Shown piece by piece: positions 7,611-15,907 of a stretch of 25,301 nt of DNA. Below the pieces are notes generated by a model. The model saw only the letters and a list, made by a program, of their open reading frames with translations, searched no databases and was not told the DNA's origin. The stretch comes from Candidatus Heimdallarchaeota archaeon (GTDB taxonomy: Archaea; Asgardarchaeota; Heimdallarchaeia; Heimdallarchaeales; Kariarchaeaceae). Numbering within the stretch: the stretch's first letter is position 1; each line of letters opens with the position of its first letter. A program made the position numbers and the translations under genes. The stretch covers positions 1 through 25,301 of the forward strand of contig WAKA01000097.1 of assembly GCA_015523565.1 (NCBI GenBank), given 5' to 3'.

Positions 7611-8393
7611 ATGGCACTTGAAGCAGTATTACCCACACCAAAAACATTGAGAACGTTATTAGAGCCAATCCCACAGAATATTAGTGAAGGGATTACACTA
7701 GAGTTCAACGAGAAAGGATTGCATTTACAGACTGCCATGGAAGGGTTAGTTTGGGCAATTGAGGAAAAAATCGCGGCGAAAGAATTTGAGAGATATGAGA
7801 TTTCCCATAACCAACACTTCCATTTGAATTTGAAGGAGTTGACAGATTTCCTCAAGACAGCAGATGCAGCAGATACACTTCATATTTCGTTGGATGAGGA
7901 AAACGGGATAATGGTGTTCAAACTTGTCAAGAAGCAGATGGTCAAAGAAATAGACCTAAGGCTTTTAGGAACAGCAGATGAGTATAAATTTAGGGAATTG
8001 ATCAATCTTCAAACCAAATTGGAAGCAAGCCTTGTGATATCAACAAGATTGTTTGCAGAGGCAATGCAGATTTCTTCATTGGGAGGAACACATGTAACAT
8101 TGACCATGTCAAAAGACAGATTGAAATTGGAGTCTAGGGGCACTACGAAGAGCACAAAGACAGAAATCGACTTTGAAAATGAAGAGGTCAGTAATGTAAG
8201 ATTTGAAGCTACAAGTGAAGAAGTGTCAGCTACCTTTGCAATGGATTATATCAAAAATCTGACAAAGTTTTCAAAGATACAAGACCATATGTTGTTATGT
8301 TTTGGGAATAACAAACCAGTGCTTGCGATTTTTGAATTTGCGGAAGAAGCGGGATATGCCGCGATTGCCATAGCACCCAGATCCGCAACTTAG
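7611..8393 (+). CDS. pcn: DNA polymerase sliding clamp PCNA (divergent)
   Basis: About 260 aa from ATG 7611 (GGAGAG upstream); EFNEKGLHLQ, EFERYE, LNLKELTDFLK, VSATFAMDYI, FGNNKPV, C-terminal IAPR; adjacent to GINS. Confidence 0.92.
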   Translation: MALEAVLPTPKTLRTLLEPIPQNISEGITLEFNEKGLHLQTAMEGLVWAIEEKIAAKEFERYEISHNQHFHLNLKELTDFLKTADAADTLHISLDEENGIMVFKLVKKQMVKEIDLRLLGTADEYKFRELINLQTKLEASLVISTRLFAEAMQISSLGGTHVTLTMSKDRLKLESRGTTKSTKTEIDFENEEVSNVRFEATSEEVSATFAMDYIKNLTKFSKIQDHMLLCFGNNKPVLAIFEFAEEAGYAAIAIAPRSAT

Positions 8394-8404
8394 CAGTGAT
8401 TTAA

Positions 8405-8956
8405 ATGCTATTTGACAAGATTTTGAATGTTTGGAGAAGAGAAAGAGTTGAAAAAGACCTTGTTGCAGTCGAGGTAAATTTTTTTGAGAAAGTCAGGACT
8501 TATTTGAAGCACTTGGAAACAATGGCAACAAGTGATGAGGATGAGATTGTTCGAAAAATATTCAATCGGAGGTTTCAGCGACTGAATTTTTTAGTCAATG
8601 ATTTAATAAAGTTAAGAATGGAAAAACATTTCCGTGATATAATAAAAGGAAAATCCAAACCAAAAAAGTTGCCAATAGAAGAGGAAATGTTTCGAGAGAA
8701 GCTGAACCATATAATTAGGTTACATCAGGATGCGATTTTAGGTATTACACCCACAACACAAGAAATTTCAGAGACTGAGATAGAAGAAAGATATGAGTTT
8801 TGCATATTCCTTGAAAACGAGGGGAACGAAGTGGTTGGAGTTGATCTTCACACCTATGGTCCATTCAAGAAAGGCGATATAGTTTTGATGCCTTTGGAGA
8901 ACATCAAGCATTATGTCCGTCGATCAAAAGTGAAATTATTAAATTTGAAGATTTAA
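8405..8956 (+). CDS. gins51: GINS complex subunit Gins51 (Sld5/Psf1-like)
   Basis: Helical A domain (NFFEKVRTYL...LIKLRMEK) followed by the B-domain motif VVGVDLHTYGPFKKGDIVLMP; directly downstream of PCNA, as in the conserved archaeal cluster. Confidence 0.88.
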   Translation: MLFDKILNVWRRERVEKDLVAVEVNFFEKVRTYLKHLETMATSDEDEIVRKIFNRRFQRLNFLVNDLIKLRMEKHFRDIIKGKSKPKKLPIEEEMFREKLNHIIRLHQDAILGITPTTQEISETEIEERYEFCIFLENEGNEVVGVDLHTYGPFKKGDIVLMPLENIKHYVRRSKVKLLNLKI

Positions 8957-9147
8957 GCAAGAAGTTCTACAATTTCACCTTTTATTTCAGCCTTTCCGCC
9001 TTTTGGCACTGCCAAAACAGTCTTGCACTCATCATTCAGGCAATAAACTGTTGTCTTGGCAGATACAAAAACAATTGTTTCACTTTCACATTCAGGGCAT
9101 TTAACTCGTGCGAAGGTCTTAGTCGGTTTCATTCCTATTTTTGTCAT
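8953..9147 (-). CDS. rps27e: 30S ribosomal protein S27e
   Basis: FARVKCPECESETIVF...VYC...C...LAVPKGGKA zinc-finger signature. Confidence 0.95.
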   Translation of the reverse strand: MTKIGMKPTKTFARVKCPECESETIVFVSAKTTVYCLNDECKTVLAVPKGGKAEIKGEIVELLA

Positions 9148-9268
9148 CTAATTAACATTTTCAACAGAGCAATTAAATATTAAGTAATATTACAGGCAAT
9201 GTTCATTAAATTAAATTTTTTGGATACACAAATCAATATGGATTAAATCGAGAGATTTTGTTTTTTCA

Positions 9269-10534
9269 TTACAAATCAAGGGGATACCTTAAAATTGCGG
9301 CAATGCCCGTGAATGCCTTAAGCAACTCCATGCCATTTTCATGATCTGTTGAAATTACCTCTATTTTTGCACCCGTTTCATTGGCAAGCCTTTCAATTTC
9401 ATCAATCAATTCCTCTTCTTTTTCGATTTCAAGACCACCAGTTTCCCCACATTTTGGGCAAGCGATATTGTCGATTTGTAGTTCATATACAGATGGCTCA
9501 TGATGTTCTTTCACTTCAATAAATCGATGATCGCAATTTTTGCAATGAATATAGAGATGTGTTTTTTCGATGCCTTCACTGAAGAGAACCGTGTCAACAG
9601 CGGCCATTTCAAGAGCCTTTCTTACTGCCTCTTCACCGTATGTTACCTTGTTTGACCCAACGGCAAGTTCTTTCTTGAATTTCTCAACTAGATTTCTTTC
9701 TTTGACAAGATCAATTTCAACCAAATCATTCTTTGCTTTTTCAAGAATTTCTCGAATTCCAGCAATACCAGTATATCCGACATCATAAACCTTGTATATT
9801 TTTTCTTTGAGTCGGTAATCAAGATTCTTGTTTTGAAGGAATTGATCTTTTGTCATTGCAGGACCGCCGACAATGACAAATTTAACGGGGTATTCTTCAA
9901 GGAATATTTTATTTGCTTGTTCAGCCATTTTACTGAAGAATTCCTCAGCCAAGATTTCAATTCCCCTTTCAATTCTCCCTTGGGACTGTCCTCCTCGACC
10001 ATGTTTACTGGGGACAAAACTGTCAGTGTCCATGACAATTTTCAGGCTACTTCCCCTAATAACGGCAAAAGTTGCACCACCTCTGGCAATTGCAATGACC
10101 CCATATTGGTCTTTTACATCAAGGAGTTCACGAAGGTGCTTGGTATCAAAATAAGGTTCACATCGATAAGTTTTGATTCCTACCTTTTCAGGAGGGTATA
10201 TTGCATGAAACTCGACTTTATTTTTGTCTGCGGTGATTCCTGCAAAAATAACCAAACCATTATCAGAATTCTTGTAATTTGGGAGTCTTGCCAAAATACT
10301 GGATATAGCATCCATAACAGCCTTGCCTGTTTTTTTGTCTTTTATGTTTGAAGCAGTGCCGTATTCATTTCTGAGAAGACTGGCAATTTCTGACAACTGT
10401 GTACCAGGGGGGATATAGAGAGAAATAAGCGAAGTACTCATATTTGGAGAATGTTTTTTTTCAAGAGCTTTCAAAGTATTCTTGAGATGGTATAATTCCA
10501 GTGAACTTCGTTTTTTTTCTTGTACTGATGACAT
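9269..10534 (-). CDS. prf1: Peptide chain release factor aRF1/eRF1
   Basis: ISLYIPP; YGTASNIKD (NIKS variant); YRCEPYF (YxCxxxF); HGRGGQS; YGEEAV; CxxC...CxxC minidomain; GIAAILRY. Likely start is ATG 10534. Confidence 0.96.
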   Translation of the reverse strand: MSSVQEKKRSSLELYHLKNTLKALEKKHSPNMSTSLISLYIPPGTQLSEIASLLRNEYGTASNIKDKKTGKAVMDAISSILARLPNYKNSDNGLVIFAGITADKNKVEFHAIYPPEKVGIKTYRCEPYFDTKHLRELLDVKDQYGVIAIARGGATFAVIRGSSLKIVMDTDSFVPSKHGRGGQSQGRIERGIEILAEEFFSKMAEQANKIFLEEYPVKFVIVGGPAMTKDQFLQNKNLDYRLKEKIYKVYDVGYTGIAGIREILEKAKNDLVEIDLVKERNLVEKFKKELAVGSNKVTYGEEAVRKALEMAAVDTVLFSEGIEKTHLYIHCKNCDHRFIEVKEHHEPSVYELQIDNIACPKCGETGGLEIEKEEELIDEIERLANETGAKIEVISTDHENGMELLKAFTGIAAILRYPLDL

Positions 10535-10678
10535 TCCTACAAAATAACAATGAAGACTGGTACTTAATTTTATTTCGGAAGGCAACAAATGAATTCAAAG
10601 ATTCGGATACTGATTCATTTGAGAAGAAAAAGGTATATAATTTTGGTTCAGATTAACATTTTAGTGAGCGAAGTAGAG

Positions 10679-11473
10679 ATGCAAACCTGCCCCTCTTGTG
10701 GGGAACTGGTGCCAATTGAATACGTCACATGTGTCTGGTGTGGTTACGATCTAACTGGAGAACATATAAGGAGAGCAGGAATAAAGATAGGGAGGAAAGA
10801 TGCCTTTAGAAGAATGTATCGGGTTATGAGAGACCCATTCAATACCATGAAAGAAATTTCATTGATACCCGATACAAAGGGAGTGAGATGGACAATTTAT
10901 TTTATTGGAGTGGCATTGACATTCCATATGTTGGTCATATTAAGGAAAATCAAGGGATTAGCTTTTAATGAACAAGATTTTGTTACACAGAGCAGTATCA
11001 TTTCAAACATCATTAATTTCCTGATTTCAAGACTCCCAACATTAGTGTTCCTTATTTTTTGGCCATTTTTGTTTGTGATTGTATTTACTGTGATTTTGCG
11101 ATTTGCGGCAAGGATAATCAATACATTCAATAAGGCATTAGGAGGCGGTTATGACAAACAAAAGGTCAGGGTAATATTGGGATATTCGTTGGTTCCTGTT
11201 CTTGCAGGGTATGTGGTCACTATAATTTTCAGATTGTTTACACCAAGTCAAGAGATTACAAGTTTAAGTTATGAAGCAATTGCAGCTATAATAACCACCA
11301 TGGCAGAGAGTGGAATCGGACTATTCATCAAATATGTCCAGTTATTGTTTTGGTTATGGGGAATGGTGCTGGCAGTATACGGGATGAGCAAAGCAGCAAA
11401 CCTTTCAATTGCAGAAACAGCAATCACTACAGGAATACCTTATTTGATGTTTATTTTGCTTGTTGCCACTTGA
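10679..11473 (+). CDS. Zinc-ribbon plus Yip1-domain membrane protein
   Basis: Start MQTCPSCG...CVWCG (zinc ribbon); RVMRDPFNTMKEI amphipathic helix; about 5 TM helices including LGG...VRVILGYSLVP, typical of Yip1 domains. Confidence 0.75.
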   Translation: MQTCPSCGELVPIEYVTCVWCGYDLTGEHIRRAGIKIGRKDAFRRMYRVMRDPFNTMKEISLIPDTKGVRWTIYFIGVALTFHMLVILRKIKGLAFNEQDFVTQSSIISNIINFLISRLPTLVFLIFWPFLFVIVFTVILRFAARIINTFNKALGGGYDKQKVRVILGYSLVPVLAGYVVTIIFRLFTPSQEITSLSYEAIAAIITTMAESGIGLFIKYVQLLFWLWGMVLAVYGMSKAANLSIAETAITTGIPYLMFILLVAT

Positions 11474-11798
11474 CTTTCACATATTCAATGGAAAAATAAC
11501 CATTTTGGATTTTGATGTGGATGATTTTGTCAAATGGATGAACAGAGAGATCATAGAAAAAGTTAGGATTATAATCCCTATAGGCATAAAGCATACTTTC
11601 GAAAAGATAGCTGGTCATGAATTCAATTTCAAAACGTTTTGTGAAATGCGAGGCAATAATTTTCTTAGGACGGGGAATTTCAATCAAATGGATTATATCC
11701 ACAAATTTGACATAAAGATCCTTTTGTTGCTGAATTTTGAGATATAAATCATAGGGGATTAATGGTTTTATGCTAATTTGCATATCAACATGTAACAA
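11451..11798 (-). CDS. Hypothetical protein
   Basis: 115-aa ORF filling the gap downstream of the 484-aa gene on the same strand; no motif. Confidence 0.45.
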   Translation of the reverse strand: MLHVDMQISIKPLIPYDLYLKIQQQKDLYVKFVDIIHLIEIPRPKKIIASHFTKRFEIEFMTSYLFESMLYAYRDYNPNFFYDLSVHPFDKIIHIKIQNGYFSIEYVKVKWQQAK

Positions 11799-11830
11799 AT
11801 TGTTTTTTTAAAGAAAGCATAATTAAATCT

Positions 11831-13285
11831 TTACCGGGGAACCCCTTCTGAAGCCCACTTTTTCAGTAGATCAACCACTTCTTTTTTCTTATCAAGAGGC
11901 TTACCGATATATCCATATATTTTGCTTAATCCAATACTTCCCAAAACCTCATAGGCTTCATCCATATCACACACAGAACTAATTCGATCATGGAAATTCT
12001 TTGTTGAAGTGGCTTCATCAATGAATTCTGCAAAAAGAGTCAGGACTTTTTTCGTGTTCTCATCCACTTTTGGAGTTTCTTTTTTAACGGGAGTTCTTTT
12101 TGGCTTGGAAACAGTTTTTGGCTCTTCCTCAACTTTTTTTGCCTCTTCTTCAACTTTTTCCTCCTCTTCTTCAATCTCAGAGCCTATTTTAGAGAAGGTT
12201 GATTTTGATACAGAAATGGGAGCAGGTTCTTTTTTAATTGGTTTCTCTTTTATTTCAGGTTCAGTTGATTTTTCATCCTCTTCTTCGGGAACAGGAGAAA
12301 TAGGCTTTGGTTTGTTGGCTTCAATCTTTCTTCGCCTTGCCAAGAACTCAGACGGTTTAATCCAACCTTCAGTGATGGGAGTATCCTCTTTACTCCCATC
12401 CTCCTTTTTCATTTGATCAACTTCAGATGATGAAGCACTGGTTGAGCGTTCCATGGGTTTGGGAGAAACAGGCGCAGGAGAGGGGGCTCCGCTTTCCACA
12501 GGCTTCGAAGCAACAGGGGTGGGAGAAGGAGCTCCGCTTTCCACAGGCTTCGAAGCAACAGGGGCGGGAGAGGGGGCTCCGCTTTCCACAGGCTTCGAAA
12601 CAACAGGGGAAGAAGAAGGAATCTCATGTTCTTTGCTTTCTTGGGAGGATATTTTTGATTCTAAAAGATCGATGAATTCCTTGATAGCCTCCTTAAAATC
12701 ATCGGGATCAAAATTATAATTTTCAGGATCTGAAAGGGCAAGTGACAGCTCATCAATTAAAGGGAGGAAAAAATCCATTAGGTTCTCATGTTCTGCCATG
12801 ATAAGTTTAAGACCATTTATTATTGTAGTAACTGAACGGGTAACAGAATTTTGAAGATCATCAAAGTCTTCTTCAGATAAGGAGGTTGTTTCTTGGGCCA
12901 TCAGCATCAATTGTTGCCTGAGAGCTTCAACTTCAGAATCAAGGAGTTCAGATTTGCTTTCAAGAGTTACTTTTTCTTCGGAATATCGTTTGACTTCTTC
13001 CCCTAAAGACTCCAGTCTATCATTTGCTTCCTTTAGTCTTTTTTTCAGTTCTTCGACTTCAGCACCTTTTTTTTCAAGTTCATTGACCAAGTGCTCGTTT
13101 TTTAGTTTTTCAGCGTTTGTTTTTTCCTCTAGTTTTTCCTTGAGCTTTTCAAATGCCTTAATTCTCCTCATTGCCAATTGAGGGCTCATTTTTTCTTTTT
13201 TCATATAATTTACAATGAAAATGACGTCAGCAGGGTCGATATTGTTATCTAGAAGCAATTTCTCCAATGATTGTCCTTCAGACAT
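11831..13285 (-). CDS. Coiled-coil protein with a Pro/Ser/Glu-rich disordered linker and a small C-terminal helical domain
   Basis: Heptad-rich aa ~40-135; low-complexity region with tandem repeats; globular-looking C-terminus (KKVLTLFAEFI...LLKKWASEGVPR). Confidence 0.8.
   Translation of the reverse strand: MSEGQSLEKLLLDNNIDPADVIFIVNYMKKEKMSPQLAMRRIKAFEKLKEKLEEKTNAEKLKNEHLVNELEKKGAEVEELKKRLKEANDRLESLGEEVKRYSEEKVTLESKSELLDSEVEALRQQLMLMAQETTSLSEEDFDDLQNSVTRSVTTIINGLKLIMAEHENLMDFFLPLIDELSLALSDPENYNFDPDDFKEAIKEFIDLLESKISSQESKEHEIPSSSPVVSKPVESGAPSPAPVASKPVESGAPSPTPVASKPVESGAPSPAPVSPKPMERSTSASSSEVDQMKKEDGSKEDTPITEGWIKPSEFLARRRKIEANKPKPISPVPEEEDEKSTEPEIKEKPIKKEPAPISVSKSTFSKIGSEIEEEEEKVEEEAKKVEEEPKTVSKPKRTPVKKETPKVDENTKKVLTLFAEFIDEATSTKNFHDRISSVCDMDEAYEVLGSIGLSKIYGYIGKPLDKKKEVVDLLKKWASEGVPR
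12467..12609. repeat. Intragenic 45-bp tandem repeat, 3 copies plus a partial copy, encoding SKPVESGAPSP(A/T)PV(A/S)
   Basis: AACAGG unit starts at 12467, 12512, 12557 and 12602; the core GCTCCGCTTTCCACAGGCTTCGAA is identical in the three full copies. Confidence 0.95.
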
Positions 13286-13400
13286 ATGTATGCACTTAAA
13301 ACTAGTTAAGAAAAATAGGTTGTTAAAGTTGTTGGATAATTATTATTTTCTTTGAATGGGATAAACAACAAGTTTTGTAAGTTGATTGAGATAATTATAT

Positions 13401-14420
13401 TTGAGTATGCTTGAGTGGCAAATTGTTGTTGACTCACATACACATATTTTACCAGCAAAGCTTCCAGATTTTGCAAAGAAATTCGGGTATGGGAATTTTC
13501 TGAATTACCGACCAAAGATAGGCAAGATGGACATATATCTTGGAAAAAAGTATTATAGCACTATTGAACCAAATTTTTTTGATGTAGCGACACGTTTGAG
13601 TGAAGCTGAGGAGCAAGGAGTTGAAATACAGGTAATTAGTCCACCGTCTGTGATGTTTGCCTATTGGGCAAAACCAAAAGATACGTTAGAAGTTGCGAGA
13701 TACCTAAACAATGACATTGCAAAGAAAGTGCAAGCATATCCAAGCAGGTTTGTTGGTTTGGGGACAATTCCAATTCAGGATCCAGAATTGGCATTAGAGG
13801 AAATGGACAGATGCATTAAAGATTTAGAGCTTCGAGGCATCATTATTGGATCCAACTATAAAGGAAAATATTTGGGGGATGACTTTTTCAAACCCATATT
13901 TGAACGAGCGAACGAATTAGGGATTTCAATTTTTGTCCATCCGCTACCGCTTCAACAGGAGAAATTGACTAGACAGGCATTATTTGACCTATCCATAATC
14001 TCGGTTGACATATCAAAGAGCATTATTTCCATGATAATCAATGGAACCATGGATCAATTCACCAATATTAGATTTGCTTTTGGGAATGCAGGAGGGGCAT
14101 TTCCTTATTTAATAGATAGACTTGAACAGTTGATCAGAAGCCAACCATCTTTAGTGGGAAGTCTTCTGAATAAGCAACCAATAAGTTATTTGGGAAAATT
14201 TTGGGTAGATACAGAAATTCAGAATCCGAAACTGTTGGATTTTGTTATTTCAATGGTTGGAGAGGATAAGGTGATGTTGGGAAGCGGATATCCGCTATCT
14301 GCAAATTCATGGATTGGTGGAATGATTGAGGAAAGAATAGTACCAGAAAGTGTTAAAGCAAAAATCTTAGGAGAAAATGGCATGAAATGGTTAAATTTAC
14401 CAAAATCGTATTTCTTTTAA
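13401..14420 (+). CDS. ACMSD-like amidohydrolase (aminocarboxymuconate-semialdehyde decarboxylase homolog) with a degenerate active site
   Basis: DSHTHILP...PDFAKKFGYG, VMFAYWAKPKDTL, RFVGLGTIPIQDPELA and IFVHP closely match ACMSD. However, FAHGGG is FGNAGG here and GTDYP is GSGYP. Confidence 0.85.
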   Translation: MSMLEWQIVVDSHTHILPAKLPDFAKKFGYGNFLNYRPKIGKMDIYLGKKYYSTIEPNFFDVATRLSEAEEQGVEIQVISPPSVMFAYWAKPKDTLEVARYLNNDIAKKVQAYPSRFVGLGTIPIQDPELALEEMDRCIKDLELRGIIIGSNYKGKYLGDDFFKPIFERANELGISIFVHPLPLQQEKLTRQALFDLSIISVDISKSIISMIINGTMDQFTNIRFAFGNAGGAFPYLIDRLEQLIRSQPSLVGSLLNKQPISYLGKFWVDTEIQNPKLLDFVISMVGEDKVMLGSGYPLSANSWIGGMIEERIVPESVKAKILGENGMKWLNLPKSYFF

Positions 14421-15784
14421 TAACTTGTTTCCGCGAGATTTGGCTTTTTGCTGGCTGGAACACTGCCAATTTTCAATTTGCGTATCCATTTTGCATCTTC
14501 AGGATCGGCATAAACGCGTATCATAATGTATCGTTGTCTATCCTCCATATCCAACAAGAATGGCTTGAAATAGTTTGTGGAGCGAATTGCTTCTTCAAAA
14601 GTGATTGACTTTTGTCCAGGAACCAACCGTTCTTTTTCATCCCAAATATAGATGTTTCCAGCACTAAATTCGTCATGGTCTATTGTGCTCATGGGGTACG
14701 TATTGAAAACATAGGTTTGTGGCATGGGTTTACCTAACTTCTTAGCTTCTTCTTCTAGTTTGTCCAAAAAGTTTGATTGGGCAATCATCTTTGATCCTTT
14801 TTCAATATCAGTACTTATTGTCCGGACTGTTTTTTCAGAAACGATAGTTTCCCAGATCATTTTAGGCAATTTCCTATGGAGAAGTCTTGTACAATATTCA
14901 CGGGCTTTTTCAATACCTTCCGCGTTAGAGGTCATGATTTCACCAACAACAGTTGAATCATTGATAAATTGGAATTTTTCAAAGTCAGCAGTTCGTTCAG
15001 GTAATTTCAAAGGATCCATGGCCGCGGCCAACATGTGCCTTATCAGGATATCTGCGGCAGAGCTTGCCTTATGGAAATAGACGCCACGATACATGTAAAA
15101 CCGACCAAGGAGTGCTTGAAAAATGTCATCCAAAACCTTGACATCATAATGGAGGGCGGGAATGCCTTCATGTTCATGGATATGAGTGCTACTTATTATT
15201 CTTGTAGATGCAACAGTTCCAAAATGTGTTGTACCTGCATAATAAGAATCACGAAGCATGAAATCCATTCTGTCAGCGCCCAATGCACCTTGGACAATTG
15301 CCTGTAGCACGGTATCCTTCCCAGTCCATAGGTCAATGATTTCTTTTGGATCAACACCGCAACCTTCGATTAATGGTTTGAGATATTCTGATTGGATTAG
15401 CTTATACCTATGTTCGTCATGTCCGTGTGGATTTCCAGGATAGAGTGCACGATAAACAGTGTCATCGTAAGCATGGCTGAATGCACCATGTGCCACGTCA
15501 TGGAGGAGACCTGCAAGCCTTGCCAATTGCACGTTGTGTTCTTTTTCATTTTCAGGCAATTCAGAGAATATATGGGATGCGTATTCCCCAGACAAATGCA
15601 TAACGCCCATAACATGAGAGAATCGATTGTGGGTACCTCCAGGGAAAACAAGTTTGACACCACTTAATTGCGAAATCCATCTAAGCCTTTGAATGAATGG
15701 TGAATCAATTAACGCGCTTTCTTCAACGGAAAGATGGATGTAATTATGAATGGGATCGCGTACTGCGCGTTTCCTTTTAACCAT
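14417..15784 (-). CDS. HD-domain phosphohydrolase, SAMHD1/dNTP triphosphohydrolase-like
   Basis: RDPIH, QRLRWISQL, HNRFSHVMGV, LLHDVAHGAFSH, ADRMDFMLRDSY, MYRGVYFHK. Confidence 0.92.
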   Translation of the reverse strand: MVKRKRAVRDPIHNYIHLSVEESALIDSPFIQRLRWISQLSGVKLVFPGGTHNRFSHVMGVMHLSGEYASHIFSELPENEKEHNVQLARLAGLLHDVAHGAFSHAYDDTVYRALYPGNPHGHDEHRYKLIQSEYLKPLIEGCGVDPKEIIDLWTGKDTVLQAIVQGALGADRMDFMLRDSYYAGTTHFGTVASTRIISSTHIHEHEGIPALHYDVKVLDDIFQALLGRFYMYRGVYFHKASSAADILIRHMLAAAMDPLKLPERTADFEKFQFINDSTVVGEIMTSNAEGIEKAREYCTRLLHRKLPKMIWETIVSEKTVRTISTDIEKGSKMIAQSNFLDKLEEEAKKLGKPMPQTYVFNTYPMSTIDHDEFSAGNIYIWDEKERLVPGQKSITFEEAIRSTNYFKPFLLDMEDRQRYIMIRVYADPEDAKWIRKLKIGSVPASKKPNLAETSY

Positions 15785-15907
15785 ATGACAGTATCCATTA
15801 AATACTTAATAGGATTTATGTTGAAAACCCTGAATTAAAAATGAAATGAGAACCACATTATTTCGGATATGGCAGGGTTTAAGTTATGATTGAGAATCAT
15901 AGGGTGA

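Noticed and set aside
9269-10588. Pelota, or stop-codon reassignment implied by NIKD
   Set aside because: GGQ and YxCxxxF identify aRF1, and conserved genes here terminate properly at TAA, TAG and TGA.
11460-11747. Plus-strand 95-aa ORF as the real gene
   Set aside because: It is antisense to a longer ORF that is co-oriented with the upstream gene and has no motif; it cannot be fully excluded.
12467-12609. 45-bp repeats as a CRISPR array
   Set aside because: The units are contiguous with no unique spacers, stay in frame within a CDS, and no cas genes are present.
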